From a virus: a stretch of 64,000 bases of DNA. Below are positions 39,515 through 47,775 of the stretch, in pieces. Every line of letters begins with the position of its first letter. The first letter of the stretch is position 1. The notes under the pieces are model-generated. The model saw nothing but the letters and a program-made list of their open reading frames with translations, ran no database searches and had not been told where the DNA came from. The stretch lies in IMG/VR virus record IMGVR_UViG_3300045988_132810, positions 64,001 to 128,000 of that record; one strand, 5' to 3'. The position numbers and the translations under genes are program-made.

Positions 39515-39562
39515 TAAAAAAAATAGGATATTAACATCTTTTAAAGTAGTTAATATCCTATA
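39515..39562 (-). terminator. Strong rho-independent terminator
   Basis: The minus strand has a 13-bp stem AUAGGAUAUUAAC...GUUAAUAUCCUAU followed by UUUUUUUU. Confidence 0.85.
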
Positions 39563-39593
39563 GAATTATATTTTATTTTAACTACTTTATGTG

Positions 39594-39914
39594 TCAAGCC
39601 TGTGCCTTCTTGAACTGCTGCTGTGGAGCAACCTTCTCTTCGGGCTCGGCCATAATCTTTTCAATATCTTTCTTGACAATCTCATTGAAAGAGTCAAGCT
39701 CAGATAGATCGCATGCCTTTAGCTTTTTCTGAGCTTCTTCCTTGGAAATGTGCCCAAAATTAAATTCGTTTGCTGCGGAAAATGCATCATGGCAATTCTC
39801 GCTGCAATAAAGTGCAAAATATGTTGGCTTATAGCGATCCTTGGCACAATTGCCACAGTAGCTATATTCTTTGCCGCAACAGATGCACTTACGAGCTTTT
39901 CTAACGTTCTGCAT
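39594..39914 (-). CDS. Cys-rich (zinc-binding-like) small protein
   Basis: CICCGKEYSYCGNC...YCSENCH. The protein is 106 aa. The conserved 14-mer lies 30 nt upstream of its ATG. Confidence 0.55.
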   Translation of the reverse strand: MQNVRKARKCICCGKEYSYCGNCAKDRYKPTYFALYCSENCHDAFSAANEFNFGHISKEEAQKKLKACDLSELDSFNEIVKKDIEKIMAEPEEKVAPQQQFKKAQA

Positions 39915-39916
39915 TT

Positions 39917-41047
39917 TTATTTTTCCTCCTTTGCAGGTGGTAATAATTTTGTATTGTTTGAGGAAATAAAGAGTATTTCATAAACCTTGGAGTCAATCAT
40001 GATTTTATATGATTCATCTTTCTCTGCTGTGTATGGAATCGCCAAATAATGATATCCATGAGCTAACGCATATTGTCTTTTATATTCGTCCTTCCATTGA
40101 ATATACTCTAATGATTCTTCTGGAGTCATCTTCATCTTTATGGCATCTTGTTTCACAAAATTCGTTATCTTGAAATGCTGTTCTCCCATTGTCTCAATAA
40201 TCAAATGTAAACCATTAATCAAAATATCATTATCATACGGCATTGGAAAATTAGTTTTTGGATTCTTTGGCAACAAAGAACAATTTCTTTCATGGGCAAT
40301 AGCATATTTGTATTTTTCTGAAATGTACTTTCTTATCTTCTCTTGTAGCCTACTTTCATTCCTTCTTCTAGAGCATTCTGGACATCCATGCCCTCTACTT
40401 CTAGTGTTCGGAGACGATTCCCACTTATGTCCACACGCAGAGCATTTCCACCAATATTTCATGTTAGAACACATAGGAACACTATTTATATCAATCCCGA
40501 CATTCTTTTTATAATCCCATTCATTGATATATTCATGCCCAGAATCTACAATAGAACCCTTTGTAGAAACAATAGTTTTTCTAAGAGAATTTTGTCTAAC
40601 TTTTTTTGCACATTCTGGGCACATAGCCCCGTTAGACCTGTTACTTATTTTTGAATTCCATTTGTGTCCACAAATATGGCACAACCAATTTGCTGCCTGT
40701 CCGGATTTTGCAGTAAAATCTTTTGGAGTCAACCCATTGTTGTTATCATAATCCCAGTCTAGGCAAACCGTTGGATTTATCGTTTGTAAATCATTAAACC
40801 CGACTAGCACCTTCTTCCCGGTACAATATGGACATGAACGTCCACGAGTTTTATCAGCAATTTTCATTTTATATTGATGTCCATAATTACAAACCCAATT
40901 AATCACCTTTCCGGATTTTGGAGCAAAGTCCGATGGCAACATCCCTACATTATTTTCACAATCCCATTCAGAAAGAATATTTTTCTTTTTATTCTGTTCA
41001 CACCATTCATGCAAATTAACTCCAAGTGTCACTACCATTATCTCCAT
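39917..41047 (-). CDS. Triple treble-clef zinc-ribbon protein with C-terminal Vsr/DUF559-like PD-(D/E)xK nuclease module (homing-endonuclease-like)
   Basis: Three copies of the zinc-ribbon unit: INWVCNYGHQYKMKIADKTRGRSCPYCTGKK, ANWLCHICGHKWNSKISNRSNGAMCPECAKK and YWWKCSACGHKWESSPNTRSRGHGCPECSRRR. The C-terminal LIIETMGEQHF resembles the E.dG..H motif of Vsr-like nucleases. Confidence 0.5.
   Translation of the reverse strand: MEIMVVTLGVNLHEWCEQNKKKNILSEWDCENNVGMLPSDFAPKSGKVINWVCNYGHQYKMKIADKTRGRSCPYCTGKKVLVGFNDLQTINPTVCLDWDYDNNNGLTPKDFTAKSGQAANWLCHICGHKWNSKISNRSNGAMCPECAKKVRQNSLRKTIVSTKGSIVDSGHEYINEWDYKKNVGIDINSVPMCSNMKYWWKCSACGHKWESSPNTRSRGHGCPECSRRRNESRLQEKIRKYISEKYKYAIAHERNCSLLPKNPKTNFPMPYDNDILINGLHLIIETMGEQHFKITNFVKQDAIKMKMTPEESLEYIQWKDEYKRQYALAHGYHYLAIPYTAEKDESYKIMIDSKVYEILFISSNNTKLLPPAKEEK
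39945..39958 (-). promoter_or_regulatory. Conserved 14-mer CAATACAAAATTAT (minus strand), copy 1
   Basis: Exact plus-strand ATAATTTTGTATTG. It lies 30 nt upstream of ATG 39914. Confidence 0.5.
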
Positions 41048-41078
41048 TCATTTTAATATAATCTCCACTATTGCTAAG

Positions 41079-41115
41079 TAAAAATAGAGCCGGGAGGGTG
41101 GAGATTCCCTCCCGT
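41079..41115 (-). terminator. Hairpin plus U-tract between a consensus promoter and the zinc-ribbon nuclease gene (terminator or attenuator)
   Basis: The minus strand reads CGGGAGGG-AAUCUCCA-CCCUCCCG followed by GCUCUAUUUUUAC. It lies about 30 nt downstream of the predicted transcription start of the promoter at 41154..41182. Confidence 0.6.
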
Positions 41116-41153
41116 TTTAACAAAGGTCATGACTCCCTGTTCTCTACATATAC

Positions 41154-41182
41154 ATTATATCACAATAATTTTGTTTTGTCAA
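41154..41182 (-). promoter_or_regulatory. Consensus sigma-A/sigma-70 promoter with extended -10
   Basis: The minus strand reads TTGACA-N17-TATAAT, with TG in the extended -10 position (TTGTGATATAATGT). The spacer contains a 13/14 match to the conserved 14-mer (CAAAACAAAATTAT). Confidence 0.75.
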
Positions 41183-41201
41183 GCAAACAAGTTATACAAA
41201 A

Positions 41202-41990
41202 TTATTCATCACCGGGAATGATAATCTGGAATAATTTCTTGTCCTTGTTGCAATATTCCTGCATGGCCTTACCAGAAAATGGGTGCGTACCGTCAGTCTG
41301 GATATTCCAATCGAAATCAGGGCTAAGCTTAAAGTTGGGGAAGATAATATATGCGAACACGAGTTTGGTTTGGTCGCAGACATCACATCCAAGCACCTCA
41401 AGAACTAGCTTGCAAGCAGTTGGGAAGTTGTTAGCAGAGTTCATGACAGAAACTGCCTGAGCTGCCTCATACTCATAAATCACGAATAGCTGATCACCCT
41501 TCTTAAGACCAGTGGGAGGAGTAAGGGTGCTACCGGTCATTGCAAATGAAGAAGCAGAAGCGGAAGTGCTCTTAGTAAAGACTGTACCAAGAGTACCATC
41601 ACCATTTAGAGCATAAATATTCTTAACATCCTCAGTAGGAACATGCTTGAGAGTGTAAGTGGCTGAAGTGCCATCAATATCAATGGTTTCAAATGCAGGA
41701 GTAATAATCTTGTCAGAATCAGAAGCAACCTGTTTGACAGTACCAACTTGGGTTGCCATTAAGTTCATATCAAAAATTGCATTCTCTGCGGAGAACTCTG
41801 CATTTTTTGCACGGTAAAATGTACTGATGGGAACACCTAATGCATCGACTGCATCAGTGCTCTCAGAGCTGCAAGATAAACTTGGGTTAGTAATCTGGTT
41901 TAGTGCGAACATAACAGAGTCATCAGTCTGAGAAAGAGCAACGCCTCTCACGACTCTATCAATTACGAAGTTATTCATATCAAAAGCCAT
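41202..41990 (-). CDS. Major tail (tube) protein candidate
   Basis: 262-aa ORF with a strong ribosome-binding site (GGAGGTAATTTATTATG), preceded and followed by terminators, which suggests high expression. It sits downstream of the connector genes. No sheath gene is seen. The assignment rests on position and composition. Confidence 0.5.
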   Translation of the reverse strand: MAFDMNNFVIDRVVRGVALSQTDDSVMFALNQITNPSLSCSSESTDAVDALGVPISTFYRAKNAEFSAENAIFDMNLMATQVGTVKQVASDSDKIITPAFETIDIDGTSATYTLKHVPTEDVKNIYALNGDGTLGTVFTKSTSASASSFAMTGSTLTPPTGLKKGDQLFVIYEYEAAQAVSVMNSANNFPTACKLVLEVLGCDVCDQTKLVFAYIIFPNFKLSPDFDWNIQTDGTHPFSGKAMQEYCNKDKKLFQIIIPGDE

Positions 41991-42033
41991 AATAAATTAC
42001 CTCCATTAAAATAATAAATTTAAATTTCAATAT

Positions 42034-42062
42034 AATAAAAGAGCTAGTCTTTATCTAGCTCT
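42034..42062 (-). terminator. Hairpin plus U-tract overlapping the stop of the 247-aa gene
   Basis: The minus strand reads GAGCUAG-AUAAAGA-CUAGCUC followed by UUUUAUUAU. Confidence 0.55.
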
Positions 42063-42787
42063 CTCATCCAATTTAATTCTGATTTTTTAATTTTCTTAGT
42101 ATCAATCATTCCTGAATACATCCCTCTTAACAGTGCATCAGAATTGTTGATAACATTCAATCTCGCAATATCATCAAAAAATTCATAAACTTGCATATTG
42201 CGAACGTAATCTTTTGTATATCCCATACGACATTTTACAGAAGAAACAAGTGGAGTAAGAAACGATTTGTAAGGTTTATTTTTATTAATCTCAATTTGCT
42301 TTCTGTCTTCATCAATAAGAATTCTCTTTGTATATTTATTCCCCGCATGTTCCACTTTCTTCTTCAATCCATGGACTTTGCGCAAATAATTTACAATACG
42401 CTCATAAATAAGCATATCTATAACAAGCCCAGTTTCTCTATCCGCAAGAACAATCTGATCATTTTGATTGTTCTTATATGGTTTAAGTTTGGACAAGTCA
42501 ATATCACCTAAAACAATTCTAGTTGTTTCAACATTAAGCGTAGACGCAAGCATCATAAACAGATCAAAATCAGAAATTTCTTCCCAATCAATACCAAGAT
42601 CCCAAAGTTGACTTTTCATATCACTAGGGATTGCAGTTATTGTATGAATAACGCTAAAATACTTGCGCTCTCCATATTGAGCAATTTCACCAATACTTGG
42701 TTGCAACACAGATATATTATCATTAATTACATATGGATCTCCAAAATAAAGACCTAACTCATCAATTTCTAATAAATCCATGTTCAT
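42044..42787 (-). CDS. Hypothetical protein (head-tail/tail module)
   Basis: 247-aa ORF in the packed structural operon. Confidence 0.55.
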   Translation of the reverse strand: MNMDLLEIDELGLYFGDPYVINDNISVLQPSIGEIAQYGERKYFSVIHTITAIPSDMKSQLWDLGIDWEEISDFDLFMMLASTLNVETTRIVLGDIDLSKLKPYKNNQNDQIVLADRETGLVIDMLIYERIVNYLRKVHGLKKKVEHAGNKYTKRILIDEDRKQIEINKNKPYKSFLTPLVSSVKCRMGYTKDYVRNMQVYEFFDDIARLNVINNSDALLRGMYSGMIDTKKIKKSELNWMRELDKD

Positions 42788-43331
42788 CCACCTCGTCGCT
42801 CCTTCTTGGCTGTGGCTTTAAGTATCCACTATTGAGTCTCATATTTGGTTTAACAGCTTCAAACTTTAATGTACGACAATAATAATCATTGTCCATAATG
42901 CTTTCTCTATTATAGACAAGTTTAAGCTTTAGACCGAGTAAATTACTAAAGTTGAAATCATCTTTTACAAAATAACTTAAGAGATCATGACGGGAAATCC
43001 CAATGCCCGTATCAACATCATCGCCATGGCAAAACACAACAAATTGAATATATTGCATTTTCATTACTTCATTATATTTCATATCCTCAATATCATCCAC
43101 AGAAAAACAGATAAAGTTTTTGACTTTATCCTGCGTTTCTGGGATTCTAATAAAAGGGTATATATTGCAATTGAAATAATCTTCTGGCTCTGCATTAACT
43201 CTTTCTAATTCAGTATTATGCAGATATTTAATAATATCTAAATCTTTACAAAGCTTTTCCTTAATCTGACGCTTTGCATAAAGAATATCATCATCAAGAT
43301 TCTGCAAATCACGACCCATAGATGTCATCAT
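42762..43331 (-). CDS. Hypothetical protein (head-tail/tail module)
   Basis: 189-aa ORF. Its start overlaps the upstream stop. Confidence 0.55.
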   Translation of the reverse strand: MMTSMGRDLQNLDDDILYAKRQIKEKLCKDLDIIKYLHNTELERVNAEPEDYFNCNIYPFIRIPETQDKVKNFICFSVDDIEDMKYNEVMKMQYIQFVVFCHGDDVDTGIGISRHDLLSYFVKDDFNFSNLLGLKLKLVYNRESIMDNDYYCRTLKFEAVKPNMRLNSGYLKPQPRRSDEVDEHGFIRN

Positions 43332-44695
43332 AATCCTTCCACCTCCACAGCCAAAGTAGCAGAAGGAGTTTGTATTTCTGTTGGATCATCATCAACACTA
43401 ATAATTATACTTCCGCCAATCATATTTAAAATCTGCAAACATTTCAGTTTCAGATCCATTGGCTTCTCAATATTATAGTCATATTGAATACCAAATAATT
43501 GCTCATTATTTTCTTTATAAACAATCTTATTCTTATCAACAACAAACTCACCATTACTGTTATCGCAAACAAGTTGATCATTTATATAAATAAATCCTAC
43601 AACACACACAAGAGAGTCATTATTATAATACTCAATGCGCCAATAAGGTCTATCAGTAACAAATTCTCCATTCTTGTATAGATTTGCAGTAAAAGTTTTA
43701 TAACTTCCTCCAGCCTTCATACTTGGAGCAACTCCAGTATAAGAAATTACACTAGTTTCTACATCCCAAGCATCAGAAGGTGAATGGATGTTGTTGTCAT
43801 TAGTTCTCTCTTTGTAATAGTCGTACTCAACTCCAGTATTTTTGTCTGAGAAATTATTACTCTGGAAATTAATCCAAGAAACATTATCTACGACATCAAA
43901 TTCGAGCTCCTGTGTAAAAGTTAATTTAGTCAGCCCAAAAGTAGTAGTATTCTCTACCTTAGAAACTTCCCACGCAATCCTGCGAAGAGGATTATCACTA
44001 ATAACAAAATGCTCATTATAAGTTATCGTATTTGTATCTACATTGGTTGGCAAAACTGCTTTCAGTTGGTTCTCTACAGATTGGACATAGTAATCCATCC
44101 AAACACCTGAGTTATAACTGCTCTGTGTTCTTTGCACAGCCCATGAAAAATATGTACCAACATCAACATGTTTTCCTTCATACAATGGCCAGTCTTTTTC
44201 TTCAATTTCCCATTTTAACAAAAGATTGCATTTTAAAATATAAAATTGTGGAAATTGTGGTCTATCATCACGAGCGACAATTAACCACAAATTATATATA
44301 CCAAGATCATCTGGTACAAACACAAATGAGCCAACTCTCACATTTGGATTCCTTCCATGTTCAAGTGGTCGAAATTGCAGGTAATAATCTACCTGATCTC
44401 CCGAAACACTATAATATGCATGCACCAGATACTTGGCATCTATAGGCTCAAAGCCCATAATTTTTTGTGGATTATATTTTTCCGCACCATGAAATACCGC
44501 CTTAGCTTTCTTATAACCAGCAAGTGTTTGTTCTGGGAAAATAACATCTTTATCCTGAATATAACATTTACGATATGCCACATCATTCGTAAAAGTAGCA
44601 TCCATAATCTTATCAGATTGGTGCTTAAACACTTCTCCCACATTACGACCTTGAAGCCTCATCCGATTATTAAATAAATCATACATCGGAATCAA
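43328..44695 (-). CDS. Hypothetical structural protein (455 aa)
   Basis: Long ORF in the connector region. I did not recognise any motif. Confidence 0.55.
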   Translation of the reverse strand: MIPMYDLFNNRMRLQGRNVGEVFKHQSDKIMDATFTNDVAYRKCYIQDKDVIFPEQTLAGYKKAKAVFHGAEKYNPQKIMGFEPIDAKYLVHAYYSVSGDQVDYYLQFRPLEHGRNPNVRVGSFVFVPDDLGIYNLWLIVARDDRPQFPQFYILKCNLLLKWEIEEKDWPLYEGKHVDVGTYFSWAVQRTQSSYNSGVWMDYYVQSVENQLKAVLPTNVDTNTITYNEHFVISDNPLRRIAWEVSKVENTTTFGLTKLTFTQELEFDVVDNVSWINFQSNNFSDKNTGVEYDYYKERTNDNNIHSPSDAWDVETSVISYTGVAPSMKAGGSYKTFTANLYKNGEFVTDRPYWRIEYYNNDSLVCVVGFIYINDQLVCDNSNGEFVVDKNKIVYKENNEQLFGIQYDYNIEKPMDLKLKCLQILNMIGGSIIISVDDDPTEIQTPSATLAVEVEGL

Positions 44696-44987
44696 CCTCC
44701 TTTATTTCATTTACAAGAGAACATGCATCTAAAATATCTTTTCTATACTTAAGAAAATCAGTTTCATAACGTGCTGATTCTAAAATACTCATTAAAGTTA
44801 TAATTTTAGGCTGTTCCATAAATAAACTATTTAGCCCACTAATGCGCTGTAAAAGAGTTTGAAAATATTTATCCAACAGTTCATATCCATCTTCTTTATA
44901 TGGTAGCAGCTTATAAATTGCACCCTGAAGACGTATTTTTTCTTCATGGATTTGGTTTTGAGGCAATACCCCGTATTTAAAATTCAT
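44679..44987 (-). CDS. Hypothetical protein (connector region)
   Basis: From track ORF 44679..44999. Start moved to ATG 44987 (MNFKYG), 8 nt after GGGTGG. Confidence 0.5.
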   Translation of the reverse strand: MNFKYGVLPQNQIHEEKIRLQGAIYKLLPYKEDGYELLDKYFQTLLQRISGLNSLFMEQPKIITLMSILESARYETDFLKYRKDILDACSLVNEIKEVDSDV

Positions 44988-45001
44988 ACGCAACACCACC
45001 C

Positions 45002-45421
45002 TTAACCAAAATAATCATTTGTTACATAACTATAGTCACGTGGTAGTTTTCTAGCTTCGGTAAACGTAGCGTCCCTGAGAGCTTTTAATGTTTCTAGCTG
45101 ATTCGCTTGACTAAAAAACTTCTCTTCTTTACCACCGATAAACTGATTTGTAAGCAATACACTATTAATCCTTTGATCAAGCCATGCACAAACCATATAC
45201 AATGATAAAACTTCAATCTCATAATTAGTTAAATCAGCATTAAATGTCTTACTTTCATCATCTCTATTAGATAAATCAGACTTACATCTAGTAAAATTCG
45301 CAATCGCGCTTGTTAACCAACCACACATCATCTCATCCAAATCTTCTTCTGGAAGAAGAGGAAGATCGTAATCTGTAATTCGGTTAAGAAAACGCTTAAA
45401 AATTGTTTCGTAGGAAGTCAT
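45002..45421 (-). CDS. Head-tail connector/adaptor-like protein
   Basis: 139 aa, helical. Its position and size resemble gp6/gp15-type adaptors. The call rests on position. Confidence 0.4.
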   Translation of the reverse strand: MTSYETIFKRFLNRITDYDLPLLPEEDLDEMMCGWLTSAIANFTRCKSDLSNRDDESKTFNADLTNYEIEVLSLYMVCAWLDQRINSVLLTNQFIGGKEEKFFSQANQLETLKALRDATFTEARKLPRDYSYVTNDYFG

Positions 45422-45440
45422 TCCCTAACCTCCTTACTTA

Positions 45441-45995
45441 TTACTGAATTAGCAACTTCAATTCTGTTCCCAAAATCTCATCGAGCGCATTAATCTTTGC
45501 AAGACTGTCTAAAGAGCCATTACGAATTTTATCACCCGCGATATTCTTTACAGAGTCTTTAAAGCCAACTGGGATTTCACGAAGTCTCTTCTTAAATTGA
45601 TTAATTGGAAGATTAAATAAACTATCCACATCAACGGCTGCAACTTTGTCATACAACGTCTTAAATTCAGGCCATTGTTCAAGAAGCTCTTCATCTTCAA
45701 TTACAAAATATGGTGCGTTTAAATATGCTGACCTTGTAGATCTCAACGCTTGAAGGTCTTGAAATTCAACTTCAGTTGTATCCCCATAATTAGCCCACGT
45801 ATAAAGAAGCTGAGACTTCTTACCCGGTAGCAATAATTCTCCAAAAGTCACAGACTTACAAAGAATAGGATCATCCATAGCAAACTTGCGAGGCGCCTTA
45901 TTTTGAGTTGCTTTAACTGCTTCATTTTCAACAGAAGCACTTACATCTTCTACAGAGGCGGATGCCTCTGGCTTTTTATTTCTTGTACCTGCCAT
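45441..45995 (-). CDS. Hypothetical protein downstream of the capsid gene
   Basis: 184-aa ORF. The conserved 14-mer lies 26 nt upstream of its ATG. Confidence 0.55.
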   Translation of the reverse strand: MAGTRNKKPEASASVEDVSASVENEAVKATQNKAPRKFAMDDPILCKSVTFGELLLPGKKSQLLYTWANYGDTTEVEFQDLQALRSTRSAYLNAPYFVIEDEELLEQWPEFKTLYDKVAAVDVDSLFNLPINQFKKRLREIPVGFKDSVKNIAGDKIRNGSLDSLAKINALDEILGTELKLLIQ

Positions 45996-46021
45996 TAAAA
46001 TTTCTCCTTTTATTCCTTAAA

Positions 46022-46035
46022 ATAATTTTGTATTG
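46022..46035 (-). promoter_or_regulatory. Conserved 14-mer CAATACAAAATTAT, copy 2
   Basis: Exact plus-strand ATAATTTTGTATTG, in the intergenic region 26 nt upstream of ATG 45995. Confidence 0.5.
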
Positions 46036-46042
46036 TTAATTA

Positions 46043-47131
46043 TTACTTAATAATCTTCCAGTAGCCAAACTTCTGATTGAGCATAACACCAATGCCCATC
46101 TTGGTTTGTACCTCATAATCATATGTCATATCCATATGAGTGCCTGCATCCTGCACCTGATACATACGAGTATCACCCTCGTAAACAAGCTTTAGCATTG
46201 GCTCAACACCAACAGGCATAATGAATAGAACATCATTAGCAACTAGATACTGAGTGGTATCATTAAGCTTGAAGCCCTGCTTTAGCTCAACTAGACGAAT
46301 TCCTTCCCAATAGCCAAAACGACCAGTGGTATACATCTCGTTCTTCATGTCGCCAGAAGCCCAAGAGACATCATTAAGAGCAAACACACTAGCAAGAGCT
46401 GCACGAGTACCCATAATTACAACTTCGGAATCAGATGCCATGCCGACATCCATGCATAGAGTGCGTAGAGTCTCCTTGGTAGAAGCATCAATAGCAGAAG
46501 ACTTGTACCACTGAGCACCTAGAGTAGTGCCAACACCAATTAGGGCCTCATAAAGGGCCTGATTGACATAACGATCAAAAGCCTCAGTAATCTTACTAAC
46601 TAGAGTAGCAAAATCCTCAACGCCAGTAAGTAGACGCTCAAATTCTGCATAAACCTTCACGGCGTACCAGCTAGTCTCAACAGAGAAGACCTTGCCAGCA
46701 CCTAGTCTCTGACGGATAATATCGTGATGGTTGCCTGAAACCTTCATAACAGAAAGAACACTGTTGTCAGGAACATAGAACTCGTTCTTGTCGCCAAGAG
46801 CAAGATTCTTGACATCAACATACTCTCTAAAGAAAGGATTCTCTTGCCAGCCGCTAACTAGAGCGTCATCAATAGTCTCCTCAATAATATCAAATAGAAC
46901 TGCCTGATTCTTACGAATACCACGTCTAATCTCAGCCTTTGTAGAATGCTCATCGCAACCAATCACCTGACGGAAAACTTCTACAATCTTATCATTAGCT
47001 TCCTTAACAGAATAGCCATCAACAGTGCCACGAGCGGCATCAAGCATTAGCTTATTAAAAGCAACATAATCATTCACATCATCATTAAATGCATGCTGAA
47101 CCTTTGCATCAAAATTCATAAACTTAGACAT
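46043..47131 (-). CDS. Major capsid protein candidate
   Basis: 362 aa, a size compatible with the HK97 fold. It sits downstream of the portal and scaffold-like genes and is followed by connector genes. Confidence 0.6.
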   Translation of the reverse strand: MSKFMNFDAKVQHAFNDDVNDYVAFNKLMLDAARGTVDGYSVKEANDKIVEVFRQVIGCDEHSTKAEIRRGIRKNQAVLFDIIEETIDDALVSGWQENPFFREYVDVKNLALGDKNEFYVPDNSVLSVMKVSGNHHDIIRQRLGAGKVFSVETSWYAVKVYAEFERLLTGVEDFATLVSKITEAFDRYVNQALYEALIGVGTTLGAQWYKSSAIDASTKETLRTLCMDVGMASDSEVVIMGTRAALASVFALNDVSWASGDMKNEMYTTGRFGYWEGIRLVELKQGFKLNDTTQYLVANDVLFIMPVGVEPMLKLVYEGDTRMYQVQDAGTHMDMTYDYEVQTKMGIGVMLNQKFGYWKIIK

Positions 47132-47162
47132 AATTAATTTCCCCCTTCCTTAAATTCCTATA

Positions 47163-47678
47163 TTACATACCAAGACTCTCAACGTGGAGTCTGTAAGAAA
47201 CACCATTGGTGTAATTAACCTTCTCAATGATCTTTAGAGCAATACCAGACTTAGGAGCTGCTGCAGCTTCCTTATAAAGACCATTCTCAATCTCTACATA
47301 ATTACCAACAACTGGAGCGGTAGCTAGGGCAGTGATTGCATCATCAGACACCTCAAAGATGTCGTTAACATAAAGCTCATAAGCACGAGCAATCTCACCG
47401 GCAGCATTATAGAAATACTTTTCCTCCTGATAATACTTACGATCACTGTTGTAACCAATTGGAGTCGTAAGCACTAGATATGGCTTCTTACCAGCGGCAT
47501 AATCAGCACTATCGAAAACCTGTGCCTCAACCCATGCGCCACGAGTAATAATAGAACCATTATCTAGATCCTTATGGCACTTAACAGATAGGATATGACC
47601 TACTTCAGTACCCTTGAGCAAACTTGAGCTGCAAACTACATGTGCATCTCCAACAATCTTGTCATAAACATTTGCCAT
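47163..47678 (-). CDS. Hypothetical head protein (decoration or scaffold-like by position)
   Basis: From track ORF 47163..47720. Start moved to ATG 47678 (MANVYDK), preceded by AAAGGA. Confidence 0.4.
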   Translation of the reverse strand: MANVYDKIVGDAHVVCSSSLLKGTEVGHILSVKCHKDLDNGSIITRGAWVEAQVFDSADYAAGKKPYLVLTTPIGYNSDRKYYQEEKYFYNAAGEIARAYELYVNDIFEVSDDAITALATAPVVGNYVEIENGLYKEAAAAPKSGIALKIIEKVNYTNGVSYRLHVESLGM

Positions 47679-47720
47679 AATTATTTTCATCCTTTCATAA
47701 TTAAAAATTTGTTTTAACAT

Positions 47721-47749
47721 AACAAAAAGCTATTTATACAATAGCTTTA
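47721..47749 (-). terminator. Hairpin plus U-tract after the 585-aa gene
   Basis: The minus strand reads AAAGCUAUU-GUAUAA-AUAGCUUU followed by UUGUUAU. Confidence 0.5.
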
Positions 47750-47775
47750 AGTCTAAATAAGAGATTTATTATTTA

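Noticed and set aside
41191-41204. Inverted partial copy (12/14) of the conserved 14-mer, overlapping the stop codon of the major tail gene
   Set aside because: The match is imperfect and in the opposite orientation. In this AT-rich context I cannot distinguish it from chance, so I note it only as a possible half-site if the motif proves to be an operator.
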